Assembly (NCBI RefSeq): GCF_041956535.1
Contig: NW_027192208.1
Location: 273,036 to 337,035 of the forward strand
Source: Calcarisporiella thermophila CBS 279.70
Taxonomy: Eukaryota; Fungi; Calcarisporiellomycota
Reading direction: 5' to 3'
DNA length: 64,000 nt
Shown: one piece after another, positions 1 to 14,400 of the stretch
Numbering within the stretch: the first letter of the stretch is position 1
Layout: the number at the start of each line of letters is the position of its first letter
Notes under the pieces: generated by a model
The model's input: only the letters and a program-made list of their open reading frames with translations
Database searches by the model: none
Told to the model about the DNA's origin: nothing
Position numbers and translations under genes: made by a program

Positions 1-4
1 AACA

Positions 5-1603
5 ATGGCCGCAAAAGAAGGGGCGGCAATGGCGGCATTGGTGGTTCCTCTCTATTATCGCTCCCTTATTCTTGTGATTGTTGCCATAGTAGGATGGGGA
101 TTGAATATTCAGATATTGGGCTATTACCACATTGACGTTCCCTCCCTGGTTTATTCTCCACGATATGGCAAATCAATAACTCGGAATCCGCATCGAGCCA
201 TGTATATCATTGGAACTGCCATGACAATATTTGTCGGATTAAGCAGCTGGTTCTTTTGGAACACTGTCAGGAACCGTTTTACACTTGCCTTTGTCGATGC
301 ACCAGCCGGAAAGCCTCCTGTATTAGACGTTGGATCGCGTTGGTTGCCGATGACATGCTACTTAATTATCCTATTCATCGCTGCATGCCCTCTTAATGTT
401 CTGTTCAGAAATGAGCGTATACAGTTTTGGAGGTGAGTCTAACTACCAGCATTTTGGAGTTCAGTTCGATATTCATTGTTTTATTTGTTTCTGTAGAGCA
501 CTCTTTCGATGTTTCTCTTTAAGCCTGCGTCAGGAGATCTATTTTGCTGATATTTTATTTGCTGATTATCTCACAAGCTTTGCTCGGGTATTCGCGGATT
601 TGTACGGAACTGGGTGTGCATTTGTATCTCTCAACCGTAACGCTAACGATATCCTTGACCCAAGTTCGAATTATTGCCATCAACGAGTGGTTGGGCCTAT
701 TCTTATGGCGTAGGTACCCTCCTTTATGTCTCCCCCGCATTTATCTAATGTGCAAGCGGAATGAATTTAATGATTCGTTTTCTGTTTTCCCATAGCGTCC
801 CATATTTAATTCGCCTCCGCCAATGTATATGCGAATATCGTGCTTCGCGATATGCGAACCAGCGCCACTTATATAACGCAATTAAGTATGCCACTTCGCT
901 GCCCGTCATCCTATTTTCCGCGCTCCAAACTAGTGAAGGTAGCAGCGGGAGGGTGGTGCTCGATGGGGGTGAGGAGGCCATGGTTTCAACATCAACCACT
1001 TTTTATCTTTGGTATGTGGCTCATTGAGTGCAAGAGTCCTTCTGCTTGATCCTATATCAGCTAACTCCTTTTTCCATTTCCAGGCTCTTTTTCGTTTGCA
1101 TTAATTCAGCCTACTCGTTTTATTGGGATGTTTTCGTGGATTGGAGCGCTCTAGTTCCGGCTGATCCTGCCTATGACGCCACCCCCAATAATAGCCCGGC
1201 TACCGAGCTGATGGATACTTCTGCCTCGGGCACTTCCATCACTATCTCGTCGACCTCGCCCACCCCTCGATATTCCCACGACCGGCAAGATTACTTCAAG
1301 CCTGCAAAGAGCAACCTGGGCTCGAAGGGCAGCTCACGGGGAAGATGGTGGCTAAGGCTTCGGCCAAATCTTCAATTCGGTGATCCGGTAATATATTACC
1401 TAGCGATCGTGTCGAACTTTCTGCTGCGCACAACATGGAGTTTAAAACTCTCCACGCACTTGCGTATCGAAAATCTGGAGGGCGGCGTGTTTTTCATGGA
1501 GCTGCTGGAGATTGTGAGAAGGTGGATGTGGATCTTCTTCCGCATAGAAAATGCATACTTGTCTCGGCCAGGGACGCTCATAGAAATACCAACCATTAGA
1601 TAG
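5..1603 (+). CDS. ERD1: EXS-family membrane protein (ERD1-like), 4 exons: 5-432, 497-709, 796-1011, 1084-1603
   Basis: GT-AG joins restore a single frame. EXS motifs FADILFADYLTSFARVF, PYLIRLRQCICEY, HLYNAIKYATSLP, NSAYSFYWDVFVDW, NFLLRTTWSLKLS, LEIVRRWMWIFFRIE. No SPX domain. Confidence 0.85.
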
Positions 1604-2308
1604 CCTGTAATAAAAGTTTCCTGACGTTTTGCTTTTAGTTTTATGGTCCTGCGGCTCCTCCATTTGAGCTGCCGCCTGTCTAGCGGCCTTAACTTCTTTC
1701 TTAAATTCTGAGAATAATCCGGGTCAATGCGAGAAGCCAAAAACGTGGGGATGCTTGATGGGGCATGATAGTCGATCGGGAAAAGATCCGATGGGCAGAA
1801 GATTAGGGCCTGCTTAAGTAAACAAAGGGCGCAAGGTTGGAGCGCCGGCGCCTGGGCTAAGGCCGGTGGGGCGCCATCGATGGGGCTGTTCTGGCCGGGC
1901 GGAGGCGGGGGGGGGGGGCCTTGCGTGCTGCGAGTTATCGCTGGTGCATTTGGAGCCATTATCTAAGGTTTCAGATACGAAAAATTTTGATCGCGAAGTT
2001 GGGAAGCCTGGGAATTTTCGAGGGCACAAAACAACAAAAACGAACGAAGTGTCAAGAATTTTACGCTAAATTTGGGGGCCGGTGGTTGGTTATCGCGTCT
2101 TTCTCAGTCAAAATTAATTTTGGGTAGAAGGAAAAAGGAAAAGGCCCCAACATTTTATGCGTATAAATATATATATTACTGCACAGCAGGTTGTGTTTAT
2201 TTTCCTCCTTGTTTTTTTATTGCCTCGCTTGACACTAGCGCACTCGTCATCGCGCACCAGCTAACCGTAGTCATCACGTTGAGGAAAGAGATCAAGAAAA
2301 GGAAGTGA

Positions 2309-2340
<32 letters not shown>

Positions 2341-2350
2341 ACACACACAC
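2309..2350. repeat. (AC)n microsatellite upstream of the FAS start codon
   Basis: About 21 AC units with one AT interruption, read directly. Confidence 0.95.
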
Positions 2351-2464
2351 TCGCCTTGAAGCTCGTTCCTTTTTCTTTATTTTATGACCCTCTGCTAGCT
2401 GTTTTTTTTTCTTGTCTTTATACTTTTCTCGATAGAACTTTTATCATATTAATCCTATACCATC

Positions 2465-5400
2465 ATGAACGCTTCGCAACCCCTTCGTCCTCTTGTCATT
2501 CAGAGCAACTCTGTCGAGGTTTCGTTCCTCGTCTCCGCCGATCTTTGGGTGGCCGCCGAGCAGCTCCGTGACGAATTTCGTGCCAGCCAGCCGCCCTCCG
2601 CTATGAAGGACACCCAATCCGCCGAGATTGAGGAGCAAACTACCGAGATGGAGCTCGCTGCCCAGTTCCTGAAGTTTGTAATCCAGCGTCTCTCGCAAGA
2701 GAGCCAGTTTGTCGCCGTGGCGCGTACTATCTTCTTCGACTTTAAGCAGCGCTTCCTGCGGTCCAATGAGGTCCATGCCGTTACCCGCGACCTTCCGCTT
2801 GAGAGTCGCGTGACCATTGTGCAGGCTTACTATGCTGCATTTGTTGCTCTACGCAATGCCGGAGCAATCAAGCCCGACGAACTGTCCGGGCTTAAATCGG
2901 CTCTCTTTGACGCTGCCTCCAAAGGCGACGCATCACTCTTTGCTGTGTTCGGTGGCCAGGGCAACATTGAAGAATACTTTGATGAGCTCCGCAATATCTA
3001 CAGCACCTACGACGGCCTCGTTTTGCCATTCCTTACCAAAATGTCTGCTGTTCTTCGCGAACACGCCAAGAGCAGCGAGGCCAGCGTTTTCCACTCAAAA
3101 GGCCTCGATGTCATGCGCTGGCTAGAAAACCCCGAGTCCTTGCCCGATCTCTCCTACCTTGTTTCGGCGCCTGTAAGTCTTCCACTCATTGGGCTGACCC
3201 AGCTGTTGCATTATTTGGTGGTGTTCAAGATCCTTGATATGACCCCCGATCAAGTTCGCCGCTCTTTTCTCGGTAAGCTGAACCATTGATATTAAAACCG
3301 AGCATTGAAAGTTTCGCTAACTTAATCTGACATGGCCATCTTTAGGTGCGACCGGTCATAGCCAGGGAATCATTACGGCGGTCGCCATCGCTGCGTCTGG
3401 GACCGAGGATGAGTTCTTCCTTAATTCAGAAAAGGCTCTTGGTCTTCTTTTCTGGATCGGAACCCGCTCCCAGCAGATTTTCCCTCCCACCACCCTGAAT
3501 CCTGCCATTCTCCAAGACTCTCTCTCCAACAACGAAGGCAACCCTACCCCAATGCTTGCCATAGCCAACCTCCGACTAGAGCAAGTACAAAAGCACATTG
3601 AGGCCACAAATCTCCACTTGCCACCGGAACGTCAAATCCACATTTCGCTCTACAACGGCCCTCGCTCGTTCGTTTGCACCGCTCCCCCCCAGTCTCTATA
3701 CGGATTAAATCTAAGTCTGCGCAAACTCAAGGCTCCTACCGGTCTGGAGCAGTCTAGGGTGCCCTTCTCCCAGCGTAAAATTCGCTTCACCAACCGCTTC
3801 CTCCCCATCACCGCACCATTCCACAGTCGTTACCTCGATGGTGTGACCGATTTGCTCGCCAAAGATGTTGAGCGCTGCGGCCTCAACTTCGCAAAGGCCG
3901 ATCTTGCAATTCCAGTGTTTGGCACCGATACTGGCCGTGATCTCCGCGAAAGCGACAACATCACCATGGATTTGATCAATCAAATCTGCGCGCTCCCTGT
4001 TTATTGGGAGAAGGCGACCGTGATGCCCAATCTCACCCACATTGTTGACTTTGGTCCCGGTGGTGTTTCGGGCATCGGTGGTTTGACCCACCGAAATAAG
4101 GAGGGCACCGGAGTGCAAGTGATTCTTGCTGGTGCGTTTGAGGGCGGAAACAAGGAGCTCAGCTACAAGGCCGACTTGTTCGACACCAACCTCTCTTCCA
4201 TTCGATACAGCATGAATTGGGCTAAAGAATTCAGACCCAAACTCGTCAAGTTATCTTGGTACGAAGGGGTCATACTGCTGCTTCCGATTTGTGAATGATC
4301 ACTAACTTAAACTCTTTGCATCCACTAGCAATGGCAAGATTCATGTGGACACCCCCATGTCTCGTCTTCTTGGAAAACCTCCGCTCATGGTCGCTGGCAT
4401 GACCCCTTCGACCGTGAACGAGCAATTTGTCTCCGCTGTATTGAACGCCGGCTACCACGTTGAGCTGGCAGGTGGTGGCCACTATAGCGAGAAGATGCTC
4501 CGCGAGAAGGTCGACAAAATTATGAAACTTACCAATCCAGGGGAGGGAATTACCCTCAACATCCTCTACCTCAATCCTCGCCAGTGGGGCTTCCAGTATC
4601 CGCTTGTTCAAGTGATGCGCAGAGAAGGGTATCCGATGGAAGGAATTTGTATCGGCGCTGGTGTCCCCTCACTTGACGTGGCCAATGAAATTATTGAAAA
4701 CTTGCGCAATGCTGGTTTACGCCATGTCGCCTTCAAACCGGGAGCGACCGAAGCCATCCGTCAGGTGGTTCAAATTGCCGCCGCCAACCCGACCATGCCC
4801 ATCATTCTTCAGTGGACGGGAGGACGCGCGGGAGGTCATCACTCGTTTGAAGATTTCCACCAGCCCATCCTCGAAACCTACGCGGCCATCCGTCGCCACC
4901 CGAATATCGTGCTGGTGGCAGGCTCTGGTTTTGGCGGCGCAGATGATAGCTTGCCCTATCTCACTGGTGATTGGTCCGTCCGATTCGATTACCCGCCCAT
5001 GCCTTTTGATGGAGTGCTGTTTGGCTCTCGCATGATGGTCGCAAAAGAAGGACTTGCTGCCCTGGCTGTGAAAGAGGCCATCGTGGCTGCCCCTGGCATT
5101 GAAGATCACGAATGGGAAAAGACATATCAGGTATGTATATGATTTGATTGAATCAGTGCGCTTGACTCAAGCTAATCCGCCTCTGAACCTGCCCTTCTTT
5201 TAGGGTGCCGCTGGTGGCATTATCACTGTCCGCTCCGAGTTGGGTGAGCCTATTCATAAGTTGGCTACCCGTGGCGTCCTTCTCTGGAAGGAGCTCGATG
5301 ACACAATTTTCAACCTGCCTAAAGAAAAACGCGGCCCAGCTCTCATCGCCAAGCGGGACTATATTATTAAGCGACTCAACGCCGACTTCCAGAAAGTATG

Positions 5401-8400
5401 GTTCGGCAAGAAAGCGAGCGGTGAGCCCGCTGACCTCCAGGACATGACCTATGGAGAGGTGGTACGCAGAATGGCTGAGCTCATGTACGTCAAGGAGCGA
5501 TGGATCGACCGCTCCCTACGAGACCTTGTGGGAGACTTTTTGCGCCGTGTTGAAGAACGTTTCTCGACAGTCTCGAAGCTGTCCATACTGCAATCCTACA
5601 ACCAAATCGACGAGCCTGAGCCGTTCATCTCAGAGTTCGTCAAGGCCTATCCACTTGCTGATGAGCAACTGTTGACATCGGAGGATGTGTTCCATTTCCT
5701 CACACTTTGCCAACGTCGCGGGCAAAAACCTGTTCCATTCATCCCGGTGCTTGACAATGATTTCGAGGTTTGGTTCAAGAAGGACTCGCTTTGGCAGGCG
5801 GAAGACCTTGACTCCGTTGTGGACCAGGATGTCGGGCGTGTTTGCATTCTGCAAGGCCCAGTAGCGGCTCGCCACTCCACCGTGGCTAACGAGCCTGTGG
5901 CGGACATTCTTGGCAAGATTTATGAAAATCAAATTGCCAGCCTCAAGAGTCGCTACTATGCAGATGATGAGTCTCAAATTCCAGCCGTCGAGTATCTCGG
6001 TGGATTCAAAGGCGACGAATCCACAACCAAATGGAATGAGAGCTCCGAGCTTGTCATTGAGACACCCGATAATGAGGCTGTGCTTCCCTCTATCGAAGAG
6101 TGGATCGATTCTCTCTGTGGCCCCACTGCCAACTGGCTCCGGGCTCTTCTCACTGCCCAATTCATTTTGCAAGGCAAGCGCATTGCTGACAACAGCTTGC
6201 GCCGCGTTTTCCGCCCGCGCATCGGGCAAACTGCCATTGTAAAATTGCACCAGAACCAGATACAATCGATCCGTATTCTCGACAAGCGGCACTGGAGCGC
6301 CTCCTCCAAGAAGGAGCCCACCCCCTGCATCGAGGCCAAAATCGTTGGGCGTCGAATTGAAGTGACCCTCTTCGAAAAATGTGATAGTGAGCTTATTCCT
6401 TTCACACTCCTCTTCGATTACCACCCTGAAACCGGATATGCACCTATCCGTGAGGTGATGGAAGGCCGCAACGACCGCATTAAGCAGTTCTATGCCCGTC
6501 TCTGGTTCCGTGGTGACGAAGCCATCCCGGACTCCGTGCACGGTTCAATCGTGTGTCGTGGCGAACGTGTGGAGCCCCGTTCCATCGCAGAGTTCTGTCA
6601 ATCGGTTGGCAACCAGGCCGAGCTCTACATCAGCCGCGGACAAAAGATCGCGACTGCTGCCCCCATGGATTTCGCCATTGTTGTAGGCTGGAAAGCTATT
6701 ATCAAGGCAATCTTCCCGCGCACCATTGATGGGGATCTACTGAAACTAGTGCATTTGTCCAATGGTTTCCGCATGATCGACGGCGCTGAACCACTCCGCC
6801 AGGGCGACGTAGTGGACACCGTGGCTGAAATCAATGCCGTGGTGAATAGCGAGTCGGGCAAGACCGTCGAAGTACGGGGAGTCCTCTACCGGGAGGAAAA
6901 ACCAGTGATGGAGGTGACCTCGCGCTTCTTCTACCGGGGTCAATTCTCCGACTTTGAGCACACCTTCCAGAAGACGAACGAGACTCCGATGAAAGTTACG
7001 CTCAACTCTTCGAAAGACATTGCGGTGCTGCGCTCCAAGGAATGGTTCCACTGGAGCAATGAGCAGGTGGAACTCTCCCCCGGCTCCTCGCTCATCTTCC
7101 GTCTCAATAGCCACGTGGAGTTCAAGAACCGTGCCATCTTCTCAAAGGTACGCACCACCGGTGTGGTGTGCATGCAGATCTCCACCAAAGAAATTGTTCA
7201 AGTGGCCACTGTGGAGTATGAGGCTGGAGAGTCGCACGGCAATCCCGTGATGGAATACCTCCGCCGCCACGGCGTGCAAATCGAGCAGCCAGTGCATTTC
7301 GAGAACGGTGGCTATTCGGTGATGCCAGATATGTCAATCTTCTCGTCGGCAGTGCATGCCCCAGCCTCCAATGAGCCCTATGCTCGGGTCTCGGGTGACT
7401 TGAATCCCATCCATGTCAACCCTTACTTTGCCGACCTTGCCAATCTGCCGGGAACCATCACCCACGGTATGTGGACCTCCGCATCCACTCGCAAGTTTGT
7501 GGAAATCTTCGCTGCGGACAACCGGCCTCCGCGTGTTACTGCTTACGACGTCACCTTCCTCGACATGGTGTTGCCCACTGACCGCCTAGAGACGAAGCTC
7601 TCCCATGTCGGAATGAAGAACGGAAAGAAGATCATCAAGGTCGAGACTGTCAATCAGCACAACGTCAAGGTGCTTGAGGGCACTGCCGAGATTGACCAAC
7701 CGACAACCGCCTATGTGTTCACTGGCCAAGGCTCGCAAGAGCAAGGCATGGGAATGGCGCTCTACGAGAGTTCGCCTGTCGCCAAGGAAATTTGGGATCG
7801 CGCCGATCGCCACTTCCTTACCAACTACGGCTTTTCCATTATTGATATTGTGCGCAACAATCCCAAGGAGAAGACCATTCACTTTGGTGGACCAAAGGGC
7901 AAAGCTATTCGGCACAATTACCAGAGTATGACCTACGATGTGGTGGACGAGAGTGGGGAAATTCGCACCCTCCCTCTCTTCCCTGGGATCACCGAGAACA
8001 CCGCATTCTACACCTTCAACTCGCCTACTGGTCTACTCTCCGCAACGCAATTCACTCAGCCCGCACTCACATTGATGGAGAAGGCTGCCTTTGAGGATAT
8101 GCGCTCCAAAGGGTTGATCACTCAGAACTGTGCATTTGCCGGTCACTCTCTTGGTGAATACTCTGCTTTAGCTTCCATTGGTGACGTGCTCCCCATTGAA
8201 TCCCTCGTCGACGTCGTGTTCTATCGTGGTATGACCATGCAGTCAGCCGTGAAGCGGGATGCTCAAGGCCGTTCGAACTATGGGATGTGTGCTGTGAATC
8301 CCAGTCGTGTGTCGCGCTCGTTCAATGAAACTGCTCTCCGCTGGGTGATTGATGCGATTGCTCGTCAGAGCAATGGCCTCCTTGAAATTGTCAACTTCAA

Positions 8401-11400
8401 CGTTGAAAACTGGCAATATGTCGCTGCTGGTGAGCTCTCCAACCTCGACGCGCTTGCCAATGTTCTCAACTTCCTTAAGCTTCAGAAGATTGATCTTCAG
8501 AAGTTACTCGAGACAATGTCGCTTGACCAGGTCCGACAGCAGCTCTCAACCATCGTTGAGAATGCGCTCGAAAAGGCCAACAGTAAAAAGGACAAGGATG
8601 GCTTCGTCACACTTGAACGCGGCTTCGCGACCATCCCGTTGCGCGGGATCGATGTGCCCTTCCACTCCAGCTTCTTACTGCGCGGTGTAGCTCCATTCCG
8701 TTCCTATCTTGCCAAGAAGATCAATCCCACGGATGTCAATGTTAATCAGTTGGTTGGGAAATATATCCCTAACTTGACAGCAAAACCATTCAGCATTGCC
8801 AAGTCGTACGTTGAGGGCGTGTTCGAGCAGACTTCCTCACCTCGCCTCAGCCGTGTGCTCCGTCATTGGTCCGACGAGAAGTATTCCACCGCTGCCCAGC
8901 AACAGCGACTTGGCTATATCCTTCTCGTAGAGTTGCTTGCCTATCAGTTTGCATCCCCTGTACGTTGGATTGAAACTCAAGATCAGCTCTTCAAGGAGTT
9001 TGGCGTCGAGCGCATGATTGAGATTGGCCCGTCTCCTACCCTCGCTGGAATGGCCCAACGTACCCTCAGCCTTAAGTATGAGGCCTACGATGATGCTTTG
9101 ACAAATCAGCGTGCAATGCTGTGCTACTCTAAGGACGCCAAGGAGATTTACTATGCGGTTGATCCACCAGTTGAGGAGGCTCCCTCTGCTGAAACCGCCG
9201 CTCCCGCTGCTGCCGCTCCTCAGGCTTCTGCTCCAGCCGCTGCACCGGTTGCTGCTGCTCCGGCCGCTGCCCCCTCTGGCCCCGCTGCACCTGTGAGCGA
9301 TGAGCCTGTTAAGGCCTCTGAAGTCTTGTTTGCTATCATTGCCCAGAAACTGAAGAAGTCCATCGACGAAATCCCACCGTCCAAGGCCATTCGTGATCTA
9401 GTTGGAGGCAAGTCCACCCTCCAAAACGAAATCTTGGGTGATCTGCAAAAGGAGTTTGCCAATGCTCCCGAGAAGGCTGAGGAGACCCCTCTTGATGAGC
9501 TTGCAGCCCAACTCTCCGGGACCTTCACTGGTTCTCTTGGCAAGCATTCATCTAGCCTTATCTCCCGAATGGTCAGCGCGAAGATGCCTGGTGGTTTTGG
9601 TCTTTCCAATGTTCGAAACTACTTCTCGACCACTTATGGCCTTGGACCCCAGCGCACCGATTCTGCCCTCTTGGTCGGTATTACTATGGAGCCTGCACAG
9701 CGCCTTGGATCTGAAGCTGATGCTAAATCTTGGCTCGATACCGTGGCACAGGCCTATGCCAAGCGTGCTGGCATTAGCCTGAGTTCCGGAGGGTCTGGTG
9801 GCGCAAGCGGGGCTGGTGGTGCAGTTGCTGTAATCAACAGCGAGGAGTTCAACCAGATGCGCGCCAAACAAGATTCGCTCGTTCGCCAGCAACTGGCCGT
9901 TCTCGCTCGCTATCTCGGCATCGACCTGCGCGAAGGCCACAAACGCTTCGAGGAGGCGCATAAGTCGAACGAAAAACTCCAAGCTGAACTTGATTCCTGG
10001 GTTGCTGAGCACGGAGAAGAATATGCTGAGGGCATTCGCCCCGTCTTTAGCGCTCTCAAGGCCCGCCGTTACGACTCCTACTGGAACTGGGTGCGTCAGG
10101 ATGCACTTGGTCTCTTCTACGATATCATTTTTGGACGCCTAACGAGCGTCGATCGTGAGGTGACTGCACAATGCATTCACGTGATGAACCGTGCCAACCC
10201 TGAGTTCCTCCGATACATGAAATACCATATTGATAACTGCCCTGAGGAACGTGGCGATACATATCACCTCGCAAAATCGCTCGCCAAAACTCTCTTTGAG
10301 AACTGTCAAGAAGTTCTTAATGTCGCTCCAGTGTACAAGGATGGTAAGACTTGAGGCTTTTGTTTGGGAAAATCGTTGATGAGCTCCCACTAATATTCAA
10401 CTCTACTTTTTAATTAGTTACATTCCCTACTGGTCCCAAGACCACTGTCACTGAGAGAGGAGATATTGTGTACAAGGAAGTGCATCGTCCAAATTGTCGC
10501 AAGTTGGCTCATTACGTCAAAGACATGGCTGCGGGTAGCAAGGTGACTGAATATCCAAATCGTGAAAAGGTCGCCCATAATCTGGCACAGATGTACAAGA
10601 TCATGAAGAGCCAGAACCGCATGAAGAAGAGCAATAAGCTTGCAATCCGATCACTTTATGGCGAGGTGATTCGTGCTCTCTCCATTTCAAGCTCTGTGCT
10701 CAAAGAAAAGAGCCGCCGCCAGCGCCGTGTCTCGACAAGCTTCAGTGCTGAACACATTAAACGCACCACCAAAGAGCCTAAGAACGAGACCATTCCGTTC
10801 CTCCATCTCAAGCGCCGCGATCCTCAGGACCCGAGTAGCTGGCGTTTCAACAGCAAACTCACCAACGTGTACCTCGACGTTATGATGAACATGGCTCAGA
10901 ACGGTTGCACCTTCGAGTCGAAGAACGTCCTATTGACTGGATGCGGCAATGGCTCCATTGGTGCCGAGGTACTTAAGGGCTTGCTTTCCGGTGGTGCTCG
11001 CGTGGTTGTGACAACTTCCCGTTTCAGCCGTGAAGCAACTGAATATTATCAATCCATCTATCAACGACATGGATCGAAGGATAGCTGCTTGATTGTGGTG
11101 CCATTCAATCAAGGCTCGAAGCAAGACGTCGAGGCGCTTGTCGACTATATCTACAACCCAGACCCACGTCGCGGGCTGGGCTGGGACCTTGATTTTGTGA
11201 TTCCGTTCGCGGCTATTTCGGAGAATGGACGAGAGATTGACTCCATTGACTCTCGCTCCGAATTGGCTCATCGTATTCTGTTGACCAACCTCTTGCGTTT
11301 GCTTGGAGCCATCAAGGCCCGCAAACAGGCCAGCGGTTTTGACACCCGTCCCGCCCAAGTGATCCTCCCTCTCTCGCCTAACCACGGCACTTTTGGTAAT

Positions 11401-14400
11401 GACGGTCTTTACGGTGAGTCCAAGATCGCCCTAGAGACACTCTTCAATCGTTGGTACTCGGAGAGCTGGGCATCTTATCTTGTCATTGCTGGTGCTGTCA
11501 TTGGTTGGACACGAGGCACTGGCTTGATGAGCGCAAACAATATTGTTGCGGAAGGTCTTGAGCGTCTTGGAGTGCGCACTTTCTCTACGCAGGAAATGGC
11601 GTTCAACATTCTCGGTTTGATGCACCCGACCATTGTTGATCTCTGCCAATCGGAGCCTGTGTGGGCCGATCTCAATGGCGGCTTCCAATTCATTCCCAAG
11701 GTCAATGAATATCTGAAGAGTCTTCGCCAAGAGCTTCAAGAAACCTCTGAGATTAGACGGGCCATCGTCAAAGAGACTGCTCTTGATGAACAAGCTGTTC
11801 GTGGCGCGGAGGCCGAGCGTCGCCATCGTCCTCAGAACATCACCCCTCGTGCAAATATGCGCTTCCCATTCCCAGGTCTCAAGAAGTTCCGCGAGCTCAA
11901 CCACTTGTCACATTTGCGCGGCATGCTCGACCTCGAGAAAGTTGTAGTCATCACTGGATTCGGTGAAGTTGGCCCTTGGGGTAACTCGCGCACTCGCTGG
12001 GAGATCGAGGCCAAAGGCGAGTTCTCCCTTGAAGGCTGCATTGAGCTTGCTTGGATCATGGGTCTAATCCGCCACCACCATGGCCCTCTGAAGAACGGCA
12101 CCCAATACTCTGGTTGGGTGGACGCTCTTACTGGAGAACCAGTTCAAGATCTTGACATCAAATCACGCTACGAAAAACAAATCCTCGATCACACCGGCAT
12201 CCGTCTGATTGAACCTGAGCTCTTTGATGGCTACAATCCGGAGAAGAAGGGTCTGATGCAGGAGGTGGTGATTGATCATGATCTTGAACCCTTTGAGTGC
12301 AGCAAGGAAGAGGCGATGCAATTCAAGCTTCAGCACGGAGATAAAGTTGATGTTTGGGAGGCCTCCGAAGGAGATCAGTGGGTTGCTCGCTTCAAGAAGG
12401 GCGCAGCCCTCTTTGTTCCTAAGGCCCTTCGATTCGATCGCCTTGTTGCTGGTCAAGTTCCCACAGGATGGGATGCTCTACGCTACGGTGTGCCCAAAGA
12501 AATCGTCGAGCAAGTTGACAAAATTACCCTCTACGTGCTCGTCTCTACTGTGGAGGCTTTGGTGGCTTCTGGTATCACCGACCCATACGAGTTCTATCAG
12601 TATGTGCACATCAGTGAAGTTGGCAACACTGCTGGCTCCGGTATCGGTGGTATGCAATCACTTCGCAAGATGTACAAGGACCGATTCCTTGATAAGCCGG
12701 TGCAAAAGGACATTTTGCAAGAGACTTTCATCAACACTATGCCTGCTTGGGTGAACATGTTGCTGCTCTCATCTGCTGGCCCAATCAAGACACCAGTCGG
12801 CGCATGCGCAACCGCTGCCGAATCGATTGAGATTGGTACTGAGACCATTCTCTCAGGCAAGGCCAAGATTGTGATCGTGGGTGGCTACGATGACTTCCAA
12901 GAAGAGGGGTCGTACGAGTTTGCCAACATGAAGGCCACGAGCAATGCTCTTGAGGAGATGGAGCGCGGCCGTACTCCACGTGAAATGAGCCGTCCCGCAA
13001 CCTCCACCCGGTCCGGATTTATGGAGTCGCAGGGTGCCGGTATTGAGATCTTAATGCAGGCCAAGCTTGCAATCGAGATGGGTGTTCCCATCTACGGTAT
13101 TGTCGCTCTTACCAACACTGCAACTGACAAGGAAGGCCGTTCGATCCCTGCGCCTGGCCAAGGTATTCTCACTACTGCCCGCGAAGTACCTGGCCTCGTT
13201 AATTCTCCCCTCCTTGATATTAAATACCGTGCTCGTCAGCTTCGTCAGCGTCGCCAGCAGATCAAACAGTGGGTTGAAGCTGAATATTCTTTCATTCGCG
13301 AGGAACTCGAGGCTCTCAAGGCTGCAGATCAACTTGAAGTTCCTGAGGACGAATGGCTACGTGAGCGTACAGCTCACCTTGAGCACGAGGCTCGCCGTCA
13401 AGAAAAGGAGGCGTTGAATACTTGGGGCAATGAGTTCTGGCGTCGCGACCCACGCATCGCTCCCATCCGTGGTGCTCTTGCAAGCTTCGGCCTAACTGTA
13501 GACGATATTGGCGTGTGCTCCTTCCATGGCACAAGCACCAAGGCCAACGACAAGAATGAGTCGGATGTGGTCAACAAGCAATTCGCTCATCTTGGACGCA
13601 CACCAGGCAACGCATGCCCTTCGATCTTCCAGAAGTGGCTCACTGGTCACCCTAAGGGAGCTGCGGCCTCCTGGCAGATCAACGGTGTATTACAAGTCCT
13701 GCAGTCCGGTATCATCCCGGGCAACAGGAATGCCGATAATATTGATGAGGTGATGCGCAAATTCGAGTATATCCTCTACCCAAGCCGCAGCATCCAAACA
13801 GATGGTGTCAAAGCTGGGTTGATCAAATCTCTCGGCTTCGGCCAAGCATGTGGTGAAGTGTTGATCATCCACCCTGACTACGTGCTTGGTGCCCTCGAGG
13901 AAGCAGACTACGAGGCATACTGCCAGAAGAATTCCCGACGCCAAGCTCGGGCTTATCGATTCCTTCATGACAGCCTTACTGGAGTCGCTCCATTGGTTCA
14001 GGTCAAGAATAGCCCGCCTTACCCTGAGGACTTGGAGTCGTCCGTTTATCTATCATCAACCGCCCGTGCGACCTATGACCCAGCGAAAAAGACTTGGGCG
14101 TTCACACGGGACTCTCTCCGCCCCCAGCCTATCGGCACTAATGCAGGAGCGACTATGACTCGCCAAGTCCTTGAAAATCTAGCAAAAGACCAGGTTCCAG
14201 CGGCTGCCGAGGGTATACGCCGAGGTGTTGGAGTGGATGTGCAGCTCATTGCTGAAGTAAATACAGAGAACCAGACCTTCCTTGAGCGCAATTTCACCGA
14301 GAGCGAGCTCGCATACGCACGCTCTCGCCCTGACCCGCGATCGAGCTTGTGCGGATTGTGGAGTGCTAAGGAGAGTGTGGTTAAGTGCCTTTCACAGCTG

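Noticed and set aside
1396-1959. 187-aa minus-strand Pro-rich ORF
   Set aside because: Poly-Pro derives from the G-run; it overlaps the ERD1 3' end antisense; no recognisable domain or convincing splice model.
5630-6541. Long antisense ORFs within FAS (and similar ones in PMT1, DCAF12, RPS14)
   Set aside because: Shadows of codon-biased sense genes.
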